From assembly GCA_964542245.1 (NCBI GenBank), contig CAZITU010000003.1, positions 17,888 through 81,887 of the forward strand: a DNA stretch of 64,000 bases, in the 5' to 3' direction. The notes under the pieces were generated by a model that was not told the origin of the DNA, searched no databases, and saw only the letters and a program-made list of their open reading frames with translations. Each line of letters opens with the position of its first letter. Position 1 is the first letter of the stretch. This DNA is from an uncultured Nitrospirales bacterium (GTDB lineage: Bacteria > Nitrospirota > Nitrospiria > Nitrospirales > NS-4). The translations under genes were made by a program, and so were the position numbers. Shown piece after piece: positions 44,155-51,754 of this stretch.

Positions 44155-46611
44155 TTAATGATTCCCAAAACCGACGCAGCCAACCGGTTCACGCCTTTTC
44201 AGAAAGTGTATCTCGGATTCTAAACCGGGGGAGTGCAGATAAGTCCCGTCATACGCCACTGCCCTTCCCTTCGGCTTTACTTCGTAAGCCGCTATAGCCG
44301 CGTCCGTGCTCCAACCGCCGAAAGACACGGGGGATTCACCACGGTCTTTGGCGGGATTAAGAAGAACGCCGACAGAATTTTCTAAACCATCAAAACGAAT
44401 AGCGTAACCGCCGCTTGCCAATCGGTCTAAAACCAACTCTTGTGGCTCTGTCGTCCCGGAATTCTCCCCCGATAGTGTGATCAGAAAGGCGGAGGCCACG
44501 GGTCCCGGAACAGTTCTACGGATTCTGATCTGAGCCGTCGGGAGAAGTAGGCCATACGATGGAGAACGCCAGCCGCCGGGAGGATCATAGCTGCCCACGA
44601 GGAGTCGGGCCTCGGTGTGAGCATCTGTCAGCCACGTGATCTTTCCTTCCTTCAATCTGACTGTGTTGCCCTGACTCTGCGCTGCTTGATCGGCTAGGAC
44701 AAGGTTCGTTTCGTAAGTATGCGTCCCTGCACTTTCAGGAAACCAATCAACCACAAGTAGATTCCGCCCGACCAACAAAAACACGCGAACAGTCCGGCCG
44801 ATATGGTTCTGATAAGCATCGTGCTCTCCACCGACGAAGAACAGATCCCCTATTGCGGTTGCAAACAGCAAGCTCACATTGGGCCAGGTCTTATAGCCAA
44901 AATCCCCTGCGGGCGCAGCTTGCGAGAGACCGTCTGCGCTCGTCGTGTTGTGAGCCGTGGAGGATCTCAGAAAATCTCGCCAGACAATCCCCTTGGTACT
45001 CAAGGAAGAGCGATAGGTGTATGTGCCTGGATCAATCACAATCGGTCCGTGCTTGTCCCATAATAGAAACGACGAAATGTCCGCATGGTTGTGCCCGGCA
45101 AAATGCGGTTCTCCGCCTAACCGGCTGAAGTCACCGAACAGAAGCAGGTCTTCTGAGTCTATCCGGAAGTAACCCTCTTCCCAATAGACGTGCAGACGCC
45201 TATCATCGCCAGGCCGCGAGGGTATCGCCGCGCCAAGAGAGGATGCCAGTTTCTTGTACAGCGGATCGCCCAAGATCCATTTCGCGTCCCATTCCGCCGC
45301 GCGGCTCGGGCGGGACAATTGCGGCAACGAAAACAGCAGCGCTCCGAGATGCAGGGTGGGCTCCACATCTGAAAAGTCGGTCTCCGCCAGACGAAGGAAA
45401 TAGTGGTCATCTGAATCTCCGATCAAAAACACCTTCCCTGTCGGATCGGCAACGTCGCGAAGGTAGTAAAGTTGCGCCTTGATCCGCGCAAGAATGGCCT
45501 CGGGAACAGGCTCATTCAGTTTTCGTTTCGTGACGAGATATTGCAGATAGGCAGCGAGTAACAGCTTGTGGTAAGCCGGCGCATACTCCTTATGAACACC
45601 GGCCGTTGTGTATTGAAGTTCGAGTTCGTCGAGAATCCGCCGCTCAGCATAGTCCTTCCATGCCGGCGACTGTCTAAACTCGGGATAGCTGACGGCAAAA
45701 AAATACAGTCCCATGGCTGCCAGAATACCGTGGTTGTTCTTTTTACGTGGTTTATCGAGACGCTCCGACACAGCCCGCGCATGACCGTAAACGGCCTTTG
45801 TTAAAAGCGGGGAAAGTTCCCTCGCTCCATCATGCCCTGAAAGTATTCCATTTACCCACACAAGGCTGTAAAGGCGCAGGGACTCCTCCATTGCTGCTTC
45901 CCAGTTGACACTGTTATCAATTGGGTTCTCCGCCATCCAGGAACTGAGATGCCGTACGATGGTGTTGAGGTACTCCTTGTTACCCGTTAAACGGTAAGCC
46001 TGGGCGAGCCCGGTAAGATGTTGGAGTGTGCTAAGCTCCCATACGTAAATCACATCGTTTCCGCGCGATGGAAAGTCTCTCCAGCTAAAGTCCTTTCCCA
46101 ACGTCACCGTCCCTACACCAAAGGGGTTGAAGCGATCGCGGACGTATTCATCCGCCTGGCGCAGGATCTTCTTCAGTTCGCCTGGGAAACGCCGTTTCAG
46201 GTCGTCTAAGAGAGCAGGTATCGTTTCAGGATCGCCGAGGACCTTCGATGCGGCACAACTCACTCGGAACTTTTGGTACTCTTCCCACAACGTCCGATAC
46301 GAACCCCCGTCAACAGTCGTCCTAAAGGTCGCCGGACACAGCGATGAACCGGAGATTGCTGAAAAAATTTCACCATCAGTAACAATGATGGGCTTGAACG
46401 CCAACCGCAATTTAGTCGCATAGATCCCGCCTCGGGAGATCAACAATGATGGGACATCGTAGCGATCCATTAAGTAAAGGATTGCCAACGAAACAACCAC
46501 GAAAACGATAGCGAGATAGCGATCCATTAAGTAAAGGATCAGCAACGAAACCACCACAAAAACGATAACGAGATAAGGAAGAATCTTTCTTTGTTTTGAA
46601 GTCATCTGCAT
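44155..46611 (-). CDS. heparinase II/III-like protein with duplicated N-terminal membrane anchor
   Basis: FAGHNHADISSFLLW is the heparinase II/III signature, with an alginate-lyase-like N-domain. The N-terminus carries two near-identical 19-aa hydrophobic units. Lower-GC segment. Confidence 0.8.
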   Translation of the reverse strand: MQMTSKQRKILPYLVIVFVVVSLLILYLMDRYLAIVFVVVSLAILYLMDRYDVPSLLISRGGIYATKLRLAFKPIIVTDGEIFSAISGSSLCPATFRTTVDGGSYRTLWEEYQKFRVSCAASKVLGDPETIPALLDDLKRRFPGELKKILRQADEYVRDRFNPFGVGTVTLGKDFSWRDFPSRGNDVIYVWELSTLQHLTGLAQAYRLTGNKEYLNTIVRHLSSWMAENPIDNSVNWEAAMEESLRLYSLVWVNGILSGHDGARELSPLLTKAVYGHARAVSERLDKPRKKNNHGILAAMGLYFFAVSYPEFRQSPAWKDYAERRILDELELQYTTAGVHKEYAPAYHKLLLAAYLQYLVTKRKLNEPVPEAILARIKAQLYYLRDVADPTGKVFLIGDSDDHYFLRLAETDFSDVEPTLHLGALLFSLPQLSRPSRAAEWDAKWILGDPLYKKLASSLGAAIPSRPGDDRRLHVYWEEGYFRIDSEDLLLFGDFSRLGGEPHFAGHNHADISSFLLWDKHGPIVIDPGTYTYRSSLSTKGIVWRDFLRSSTAHNTTSADGLSQAAPAGDFGYKTWPNVSLLFATAIGDLFFVGGEHDAYQNHIGRTVRVFLLVGRNLLVVDWFPESAGTHTYETNLVLADQAAQSQGNTVRLKEGKITWLTDAHTEARLLVGSYDPPGGWRSPSYGLLLPTAQIRIRRTVPGPVASAFLITLSGENSGTTEPQELVLDRLASGGYAIRFDGLENSVGVLLNPAKDRGESPVSFGGWSTDAAIAAYEVKPKGRAVAYDGTYLHSPGLESEIHFLKRREPVGCVGFGNH
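46461..46517 (-). repeat. 57-bp tandem repeat, unit A (inside the heparinase-like CDS)
   Basis: agcgatccattaagtaaaggattgccaacgaaacaaccacgaaaacgatagcgagat. Confidence 0.9.
46518..46574 (-). repeat. 57-bp tandem repeat, unit B
   Basis: agcgatccattaagtaaaggatcagcaacgaaaccaccacaaaaacgataacgagat; 6 differences from unit A. Confidence 0.9.
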
Positions 46612-46644
46612 CTCGCGCTCCTGCCTAAAATGGAAGGGCGACTC

Positions 46645-47022
46645 TCACGGCGCCAGTGTGGTCCAGCGTTCTTGACGCCAATAGCCCCACCAGAGCACCA
46701 GCCCCGCTCCTACGCAATTTAACGCCACATCCGCCACCGAGGCATAACGGCCGGGGACAAAGGATTGGTGGTACTCGTCCACGATCCCGTACGCGATGGT
46801 GAGGACGGCAGCCAGCACCAACGGCCTGGTGTGGTTCAGCCTAAGCAGACTAACCACCCACACGTAGGCCAAGCCCCCGTAGAGCGGAATATGCAACAGG
46901 TTCTGGGTCGTCGGCGCCGTGAGCCAATCCATCCCCTTGATGTCGAGCGACCCGCCGGGGATGGAGGACAGAACCCAAATCGCCAGCATGTAGACGATCG
47001 GCGCAAGCAAGACGCGCATCAT
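46645..47022 (-). CDS. VanZ-like membrane protein
   Basis: DEYHQSFVPGR motif and 4 TM helices. Start at MMRVLLAPIVY; the tracked extension overlaps the upstream gene. Confidence 0.8.
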   Translation of the reverse strand: MMRVLLAPIVYMLAIWVLSSIPGGSLDIKGMDWLTAPTTQNLLHIPLYGGLAYVWVVSLLRLNHTRPLVLAAVLTIAYGIVDEYHQSFVPGRYASVADVALNCVGAGLVLWWGYWRQERWTTLAP

Positions 47023-47045
47023 GTGTCGAGGGACGAGAACTAGAC

Positions 47046-48077
47046 TCACGGGATTCCACGCACGATGGCGGGCCCCAGCCACTTGGTCAGCTTGAGCGGG
47101 AGGCGTCTCCAAACCTGAACAGCCGCTTGGTACTTGGCATTCTTCGGGCTCAGGTCCGGCAGCGGCTTGGAGTCCGGAAGCCAATACTCCCACGCAAGCG
47201 GCACCGGCCGGCCCCCCCACTGCTCTTTGAATTTGTAAGTCCCCTCCCCCGGCGTGCTACGGCCGAAGTCGAACCGTCGGAAGCCCTCTTTGATGGCATG
47301 CTGAATGAGTTCCCAGTATAGCAGGTTATTCGGACAAACCAAGCGATACTCCCGAAGAGACGCGGCCCACGGCACTTCCAGAGTGTCCCGGTAGGCCATG
47401 GCGAGACCGGCCGCGATGACGGTCCGGCCGGACAGCACGGAGAAGATACGGGTGGTCTCAGGAAAAACGCGAAACACTTCCTCGAAAAAGCGACGGCTAT
47501 ACACCGGCGTGCCCAGATCCCGCATGTTACGGGCGAAGACTTCATAAAAGTCCGGCAGGTCGGCGACGGCCCCGACTCGGACCGAGAGACCCGACCGTTC
47601 CGCTTTTCGAATCTGATTGCGGAGTTTGGGGTCGAACGCCTTCCATTGGGCCTCAATGGTGGGGGAAATCTCTAGAATCATCGTGACCTTATGTTGCTTA
47701 CGCTGGGTCACGAATGACCGCGGCCGCAGGTGGCGGGCTTCAAGATATGCAGCCCGGTGCTCCCCGGCACAGCATACCGCCTGACTCCAAAGCGCGTGCT
47801 CAATCTCTTCGCTATCGCCGAGGACCCCGCCATAGTTGACGAAGGGCAGGGATACGATGAAGCGCCCGAACAACCACGAATCCATGAGCACGAGAGGCAG
47901 GACGCCGACGACGCGGCCCTCTGAGAACGCGGCAAGGGGGACGGCCCGGTGGCCGAAGATTTCGGCTATGAGCGCGGGCCACTCATACCGGTGGTACTGG
48001 GTAGCCTGCGGGTGCGCGGCAACGTAAGCGTTCCATGCGACGCTGTTGTCCGCGACTGTGATTTCTGGGGACGCCAT
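47046..48077 (-). CDS. FemAB-family protein (PEP-CTERM-locus type)
   Basis: KLRNQIRKAERSGL ... NNLLYWELIQHAIKEGFRRFDFGRSTPGEGTYKFKEQWGG. Confidence 0.78.
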   Translation of the reverse strand: MASPEITVADNSVAWNAYVAAHPQATQYHRYEWPALIAEIFGHRAVPLAAFSEGRVVGVLPLVLMDSWLFGRFIVSLPFVNYGGVLGDSEEIEHALWSQAVCCAGEHRAAYLEARHLRPRSFVTQRKQHKVTMILEISPTIEAQWKAFDPKLRNQIRKAERSGLSVRVGAVADLPDFYEVFARNMRDLGTPVYSRRFFEEVFRVFPETTRIFSVLSGRTVIAAGLAMAYRDTLEVPWAASLREYRLVCPNNLLYWELIQHAIKEGFRRFDFGRSTPGEGTYKFKEQWGGRPVPLAWEYWLPDSKPLPDLSPKNAKYQAAVQVWRRLPLKLTKWLGPAIVRGIP

Positions 48078-48094
48078 GGATCACCGAGTGCCTC

Positions 48095-48982
48095 TCATCC
48101 AGGTCCCAAAGCCGTGCGGTTGTCGTCTGCTCCAGCGGTCCACTCGCGATACAACTGACCAATGGGGGCGATCGCCTCGCGGATCGGGGCGAACTGGAAA
48201 TCGCGCAGGAGTTGGGTGAGACGGCCCTCGGTCTTGTGAAGGTTGACGTAATGACGGAACCGGGACAACAGCGAACCATTCATTCTAGGTTGGTCGGGAT
48301 CAATCTCCCATGGATGCAGGTACATGACCAGGGGCCGGCCCTCGGCCTCGACTCTCCGCAGCAACCGACGAAGGACTGGATACGGAAATAACCGGAAATA
48401 CCCGCCGCCGCCGACCGGGACACGAACGCCGGCGACCTCGGCAGTGGACGGGGGAATCTCCCAGAGAGGCCCGGCATTGGTGGAGAGACAGTGGCACGTC
48501 GGGTTTGCGCCTGGCATGCCGTACCGGTCATGCCGGATGGGGAAGATGCTGGCGTCGTAGCCGTACCCCTCCTCCACCAGAATCGGGAGGGCCCAGAGCG
48601 TATCCGGCATAATCGTGAAACTGGGCGCCCGGTAGCCAAGGACTACCCGCCCGGTGATGGCCTCGAGCGCCTCTTTCGCCTGCCGGATGTCGGCCCGAAA
48701 CTGTTCGGGCGTCATGGCCGTCAGAACTTGATGCCCATATCCGTGCGAGGCGATCTCGTGACCTTCCGCTTGAATCTGTTTCACAAGTCGCGGGTGGCGC
48801 TCCGCCACCCACCCAAGGACAAAAAACGTGGCCTTCACATTCGAGGTCGCCAGGATGGTCAAGATCCGCGCGGTATTCCGTTCCACCCGGCTTTCCTGCC
48901 GATCCCAATCCTCGAAGCGGATGTGTGAGGCGAACGCCGAGACCTGAAAGTAGTCCTCGACGTCTATTGTCAGAGCGTTCAC
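48095..48982 (-). CDS. polysaccharide deacetylase, PEP-CTERM-locus subfamily
   Basis: MNALTIDVEDYFQVSAF N-terminus and ...ATFFVLGWVAERHP...EIASHGYGH, characteristic of this subfamily. Confidence 0.88.
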   Translation of the reverse strand: MNALTIDVEDYFQVSAFASHIRFEDWDRQESRVERNTARILTILATSNVKATFFVLGWVAERHPRLVKQIQAEGHEIASHGYGHQVLTAMTPEQFRADIRQAKEALEAITGRVVLGYRAPSFTIMPDTLWALPILVEEGYGYDASIFPIRHDRYGMPGANPTCHCLSTNAGPLWEIPPSTAEVAGVRVPVGGGGYFRLFPYPVLRRLLRRVEAEGRPLVMYLHPWEIDPDQPRMNGSLLSRFRHYVNLHKTEGRLTQLLRDFQFAPIREAIAPIGQLYREWTAGADDNRTALGPG

Positions 48983-49006
48983 GGCCCGGCTCTCACTCGG
49001 CCATGG

Positions 49007-50212
49007 CTACCTAGCCCCCATCCAAGAGAGGACCGTCCGGAACGTCTTGAGGAAGATACGGCAGTCGAACGGGATTGACATGTGCTTGATGTAGTACAGA
49101 TCATACTGGAGCTTCTCTTCCGAGTCCTGCACGGATGCTCCGTAACGAAACATGACCTGCGCCCACCCCGTGATGCCGGGCTTTACCGTATGGCGCAGAG
49201 AATAGTATGGAACGCTTTCCTTCAAAGAATCAACAAATTCCGGACGCTCCGGCCTCGGCCCAACGAAGCTCATGTCTCCGCGAAAGACGTTGATCAATTG
49301 CGGGAGCTCATCCAGCCGAAACCGGCGCATGAAATATCCCAGTCGTGTGACCCTCGGATCGTTCTCCGCCGCCCAGGTCGCGCGGCCATCCTCTTCGGCA
49401 TTCGCCACCATCGAACGGAATTTCAGCATGGTGTACCGGCATCCGTTCAGGCCTACCCGCTCCTGCCTGTAGAAGACGGGGCCGGAAGACATCAGCTTGA
49501 TCAGAACGGGCAACAGTAAGAAGAGCGGTGCGGACAGCAGAAGGCACAACATCGAGAGCAGCAAGTCTATCCCCCGTTTCGCAGCCTTGGTCGGCCACCG
49601 AAACCCATCATTGAAGATGAGAAAGCTGGGGTTGAGCCCGGCCACCGGTATCTTGCCGCTCATCTTTTCAACAAACGCCAGACCGTCCTCGACTCTGATA
49701 CCTTTCATTTTGAAGGCCAGGAGTTGCTCGATGGGTAGAGTGCCTCTGCGCTCCACCATAGCGACCGCAATGCATCCGACTCGTTCGCGCGAAAGGACTT
49801 CCTCCAAATGCGTGAAATCCCCGTTTCGATGTCCGTTGCCGTTCGCCGTACTCGGCATGTCGAAGGATCCCACCAGACGGTAGGGCGAACTCGAGCGCGC
49901 GTGGAGTTGAGTCATGATGCTGTCGGCAAGCGTCCCGCTTCCTAACACGAGCACGCCGGGTCGGTCGTCGGCCTGTACGCTCAACCCCTTGACCGCCGAC
50001 CACCATCGGTGTAATCGAGCCGGACCCAAGGACAGCGGGAGCCGATGCCCGTTCCTTGGCGCCGGATAAAAACCGTCCAATGGTGTGGCCGCTTGCGAGC
50101 GAAGCGCCGGTTGTACAGGAGAGCTTGACCGGCCGCGCTTGAGCGGACTGGATGCTGGAATGGAAGCCGTACTCCCCTCCGCATGATTCTCAAAAATTTC
50201 GACCAGCCTCAT
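49007..50212 (-). CDS. polyprenyl-phosphate sugar-phosphate transferase (priming glycosyltransferase, Bac_transf family)
   Basis: KRGIDLLLSMLCLLLSAPLFLL TM helix followed by PVFYRQERVG ... KFRSM ... DELPQLINV ... MSFVGPRP. The N-terminal 90 aa are hydrophilic, so the usual TM bundle is missing. Confidence 0.88.
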   Translation of the reverse strand: MRLVEIFENHAEGSTASIPASSPLKRGRSSSPVQPALRSQAATPLDGFYPAPRNGHRLPLSLGPARLHRWWSAVKGLSVQADDRPGVLVLGSGTLADSIMTQLHARSSSPYRLVGSFDMPSTANGNGHRNGDFTHLEEVLSRERVGCIAVAMVERRGTLPIEQLLAFKMKGIRVEDGLAFVEKMSGKIPVAGLNPSFLIFNDGFRWPTKAAKRGIDLLLSMLCLLLSAPLFLLLPVLIKLMSSGPVFYRQERVGLNGCRYTMLKFRSMVANAEEDGRATWAAENDPRVTRLGYFMRRFRLDELPQLINVFRGDMSFVGPRPERPEFVDSLKESVPYYSLRHTVKPGITGWAQVMFRYGASVQDSEEKLQYDLYYIKHMSIPFDCRIFLKTFRTVLSWMGAR

Positions 50213-50282
50213 GACACCCCCCCCTAATACCTAAAAATTTTTAAAGCCGATTAGAAAGCCCCTTCACCCGCACCATCTCCAT

Positions 50283-50344
50283 TGACCCGTTGCTGGTGAC
50301 CCGTTGCAATTTGAAGAGCAACTGGTGCCCCGAGCAACGGGTTC
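50283..50344. promoter_or_regulatory. array of four 11-mers (two direct TGACCCGTTGC + two inverted copies), candidate operator or RNA structure
   Basis: TGACCCGTTGC at 50283-50293 and 50297-50307. Inverted GCAACTGGTGC at 50318-50328 and GCAACGGGTTC at 50334-50344. Located between a response regulator gene and the priming transferase gene. Confidence 0.45.
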
Positions 50345-50366
50345 CCCGGGCGAGGGGTTCTACGCT

Positions 50367-50822
50367 TCACGTCCGCCACGTATTCTTGGGGCCGGGCATG
50401 CGGGCGAGTTGGGCGATGATCTTCGCCACCATCTGACGCGTCACCCACGCCTCTCCGGCATCCACTGCCTGGACCGCTTTGGTGAGGAAATTCGAGAGTT
50501 CCTTGTCTTCGAGATAGCCCCGCGCGCCATTGGAAAGAGCGTCCAGAATGGGAGCTTCGGAAGCGCGGCCGACGAGCAGAACCACCTTGCTGTCAGGGCT
50601 CTTCAGACGGAGAGCCGGGATCAGCGAGGCGCCCATTTCCAGCGACAAGTCTCCGTCGAGGAGGAGAACACTCGGCTTGAACTTGGCGGTGGCGGCAATG
50701 GCATCTAGGCCACTTCGGGTTTCGGCCACGACCCGCATTCTTTTTTCGGATTGAAGGAACCGCAGGCACGCCATTCGGCGCCCTTCCTCACGATCGGCAA
50801 TGACGAGTGTTATAGGATGCAT
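50367..50822 (-). CDS. stand-alone receiver-domain response regulator (no output domain)
   Basis: MHPITLVIADRE ... SVLLLDGDL ... KVVLLV ... GARGYLEDK. The protein ends where a LuxR HTH would begin. Confidence 0.8.
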   Translation of the reverse strand: MHPITLVIADREEGRRMACLRFLQSEKRMRVVAETRSGLDAIAATAKFKPSVLLLDGDLSLEMGASLIPALRLKSPDSKVVLLVGRASEAPILDALSNGARGYLEDKELSNFLTKAVQAVDAGEAWVTRQMVAKIIAQLARMPGPKNTWRT

Positions 50823-50927
50823 GGAGAATTTCCTCCCAAGTTGTTCGATTTGTAGCAGGTGCTCTAAAGGATGATCAATTGGACTTTGGTCGAGGCCGAC
50901 CATTGTCTAAGCTATTGAAAGCCGATG

Positions 50928-51050
50928 TCATTCCCGGTCGTATCTGGTTATGGAGAGGGCCGGTCGGACATGATCCAAAAGCCCAAGCTTGCAGAAAACT
51001 GCGGTCAGATGGGCCTTGGCAATCGTCTCAGTTGTCGAAGAGGGAGGGGG
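50928..51050 (-). pseudogene. orphan remnant of a LuxR-type HTH C-terminus (129-bp tandem duplicate of 51057-51179)
   Basis: Translates PPPSSTTETIAKAHLTAVFCKLGLLDHVRPALSITRYDRE*, compared with ...LDVTEATVKAHLTAVFRKLGLSDRLRLALYMTEHDRESR* in the real gene. It has no start codon of its own and is in frame with the upstream TAG. Confidence 0.75.
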
Positions 51051-51737
51051 CTAGCGCGATTCCCGGTCATGCTCGGTCATGTAAAGGGCCAGCCGGAGCC
51101 GGTCCGAGAGTCCGAGCTTGCGGAAGACTGCGGTCAGGTGGGCCTTGACGGTTGCTTCTGTGACGTCAAGTTTGTTGGCGATTTCCTTGTTGCTGGCGCC
51201 ATCGCCGATCAGAGAGGCGACTGCGCGCTCGCGTGGGGTTAAGCGTTCGAGCCGACTGTCGGAAACGGCGGGTGAGTTGAGCAGTCGGTGTGTGCTGAGG
51301 GCTGCAAGCTCTTCAAGAAGGTGGGGGACGACACTGCGCCCCACCCAAATCTGGTTCGCCTGGACCATTTCCACGGCTTTTCCGATGAGAAAGGGAGGCA
51401 TGCCCTTCTCGCAGTAGCCCTTCGCTCCCGCCTTGAGTGCGGTCACCCCCTCCTTCTCATTGGGGGCGTCGGTGAGGAGGATGATCTTTGTCTTGGGATT
51501 CAGCTTCTGGATGGCCGGGAGGTTGCCGATTCCACCAAAATGACGCCAGGCGAGGTCGAGAAGCAAGATGGCAGGATTCAAACCGCCGAGGCTCTGTTCC
51601 AGAGCCGGACGGTCCACCACCTCATGCATGGCAAACTTTCCCTGAAGCCCTTCTCTCCACTGCTTGCGCGATCCCGCGTCCAGTCCGGCAATGAGAACCA
51701 GCGCAGTCGTGCTTCCTCGATCCGGCATCCCGCTCAA
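51051..51737 (-). CDS. NarL/FixJ-type response regulator (receiver + LuxR HTH)
   Basis: Receiver with ILLLDLA acceptor region and KIILLT. C-terminal LTPRERAVASLIGDGASNKEIANKLDVTEATVKAHLTAVFRKLG. Confidence 0.88.
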   Translation of the reverse strand: MSGMPDRGSTTALVLIAGLDAGSRKQWREGLQGKFAMHEVVDRPALEQSLGGLNPAILLLDLAWRHFGGIGNLPAIQKLNPKTKIILLTDAPNEKEGVTALKAGAKGYCEKGMPPFLIGKAVEMVQANQIWVGRSVVPHLLEELAALSTHRLLNSPAVSDSRLERLTPRERAVASLIGDGASNKEIANKLDVTEATVKAHLTAVFRKLGLSDRLRLALYMTEHDRESR

Positions 51738-51754
51738 CCACTTTCCATTAAAGA

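Noticed and set aside
46461-46574. The 57-bp repeats as a CRISPR-like or minisatellite array
   Set aside because: There are only two units with no spacers. They are in frame inside a CDS and encode a hydrophobic helix.
50213-50366. Long imperfect hairpin of the 11-mer array as a simple rho-independent terminator of the receiver gene
   Set aside because: No U-tract follows the stem on the minus strand, and the stem is interrupted by unequal spacers. It is retained only as a possible operator or RNA structure.
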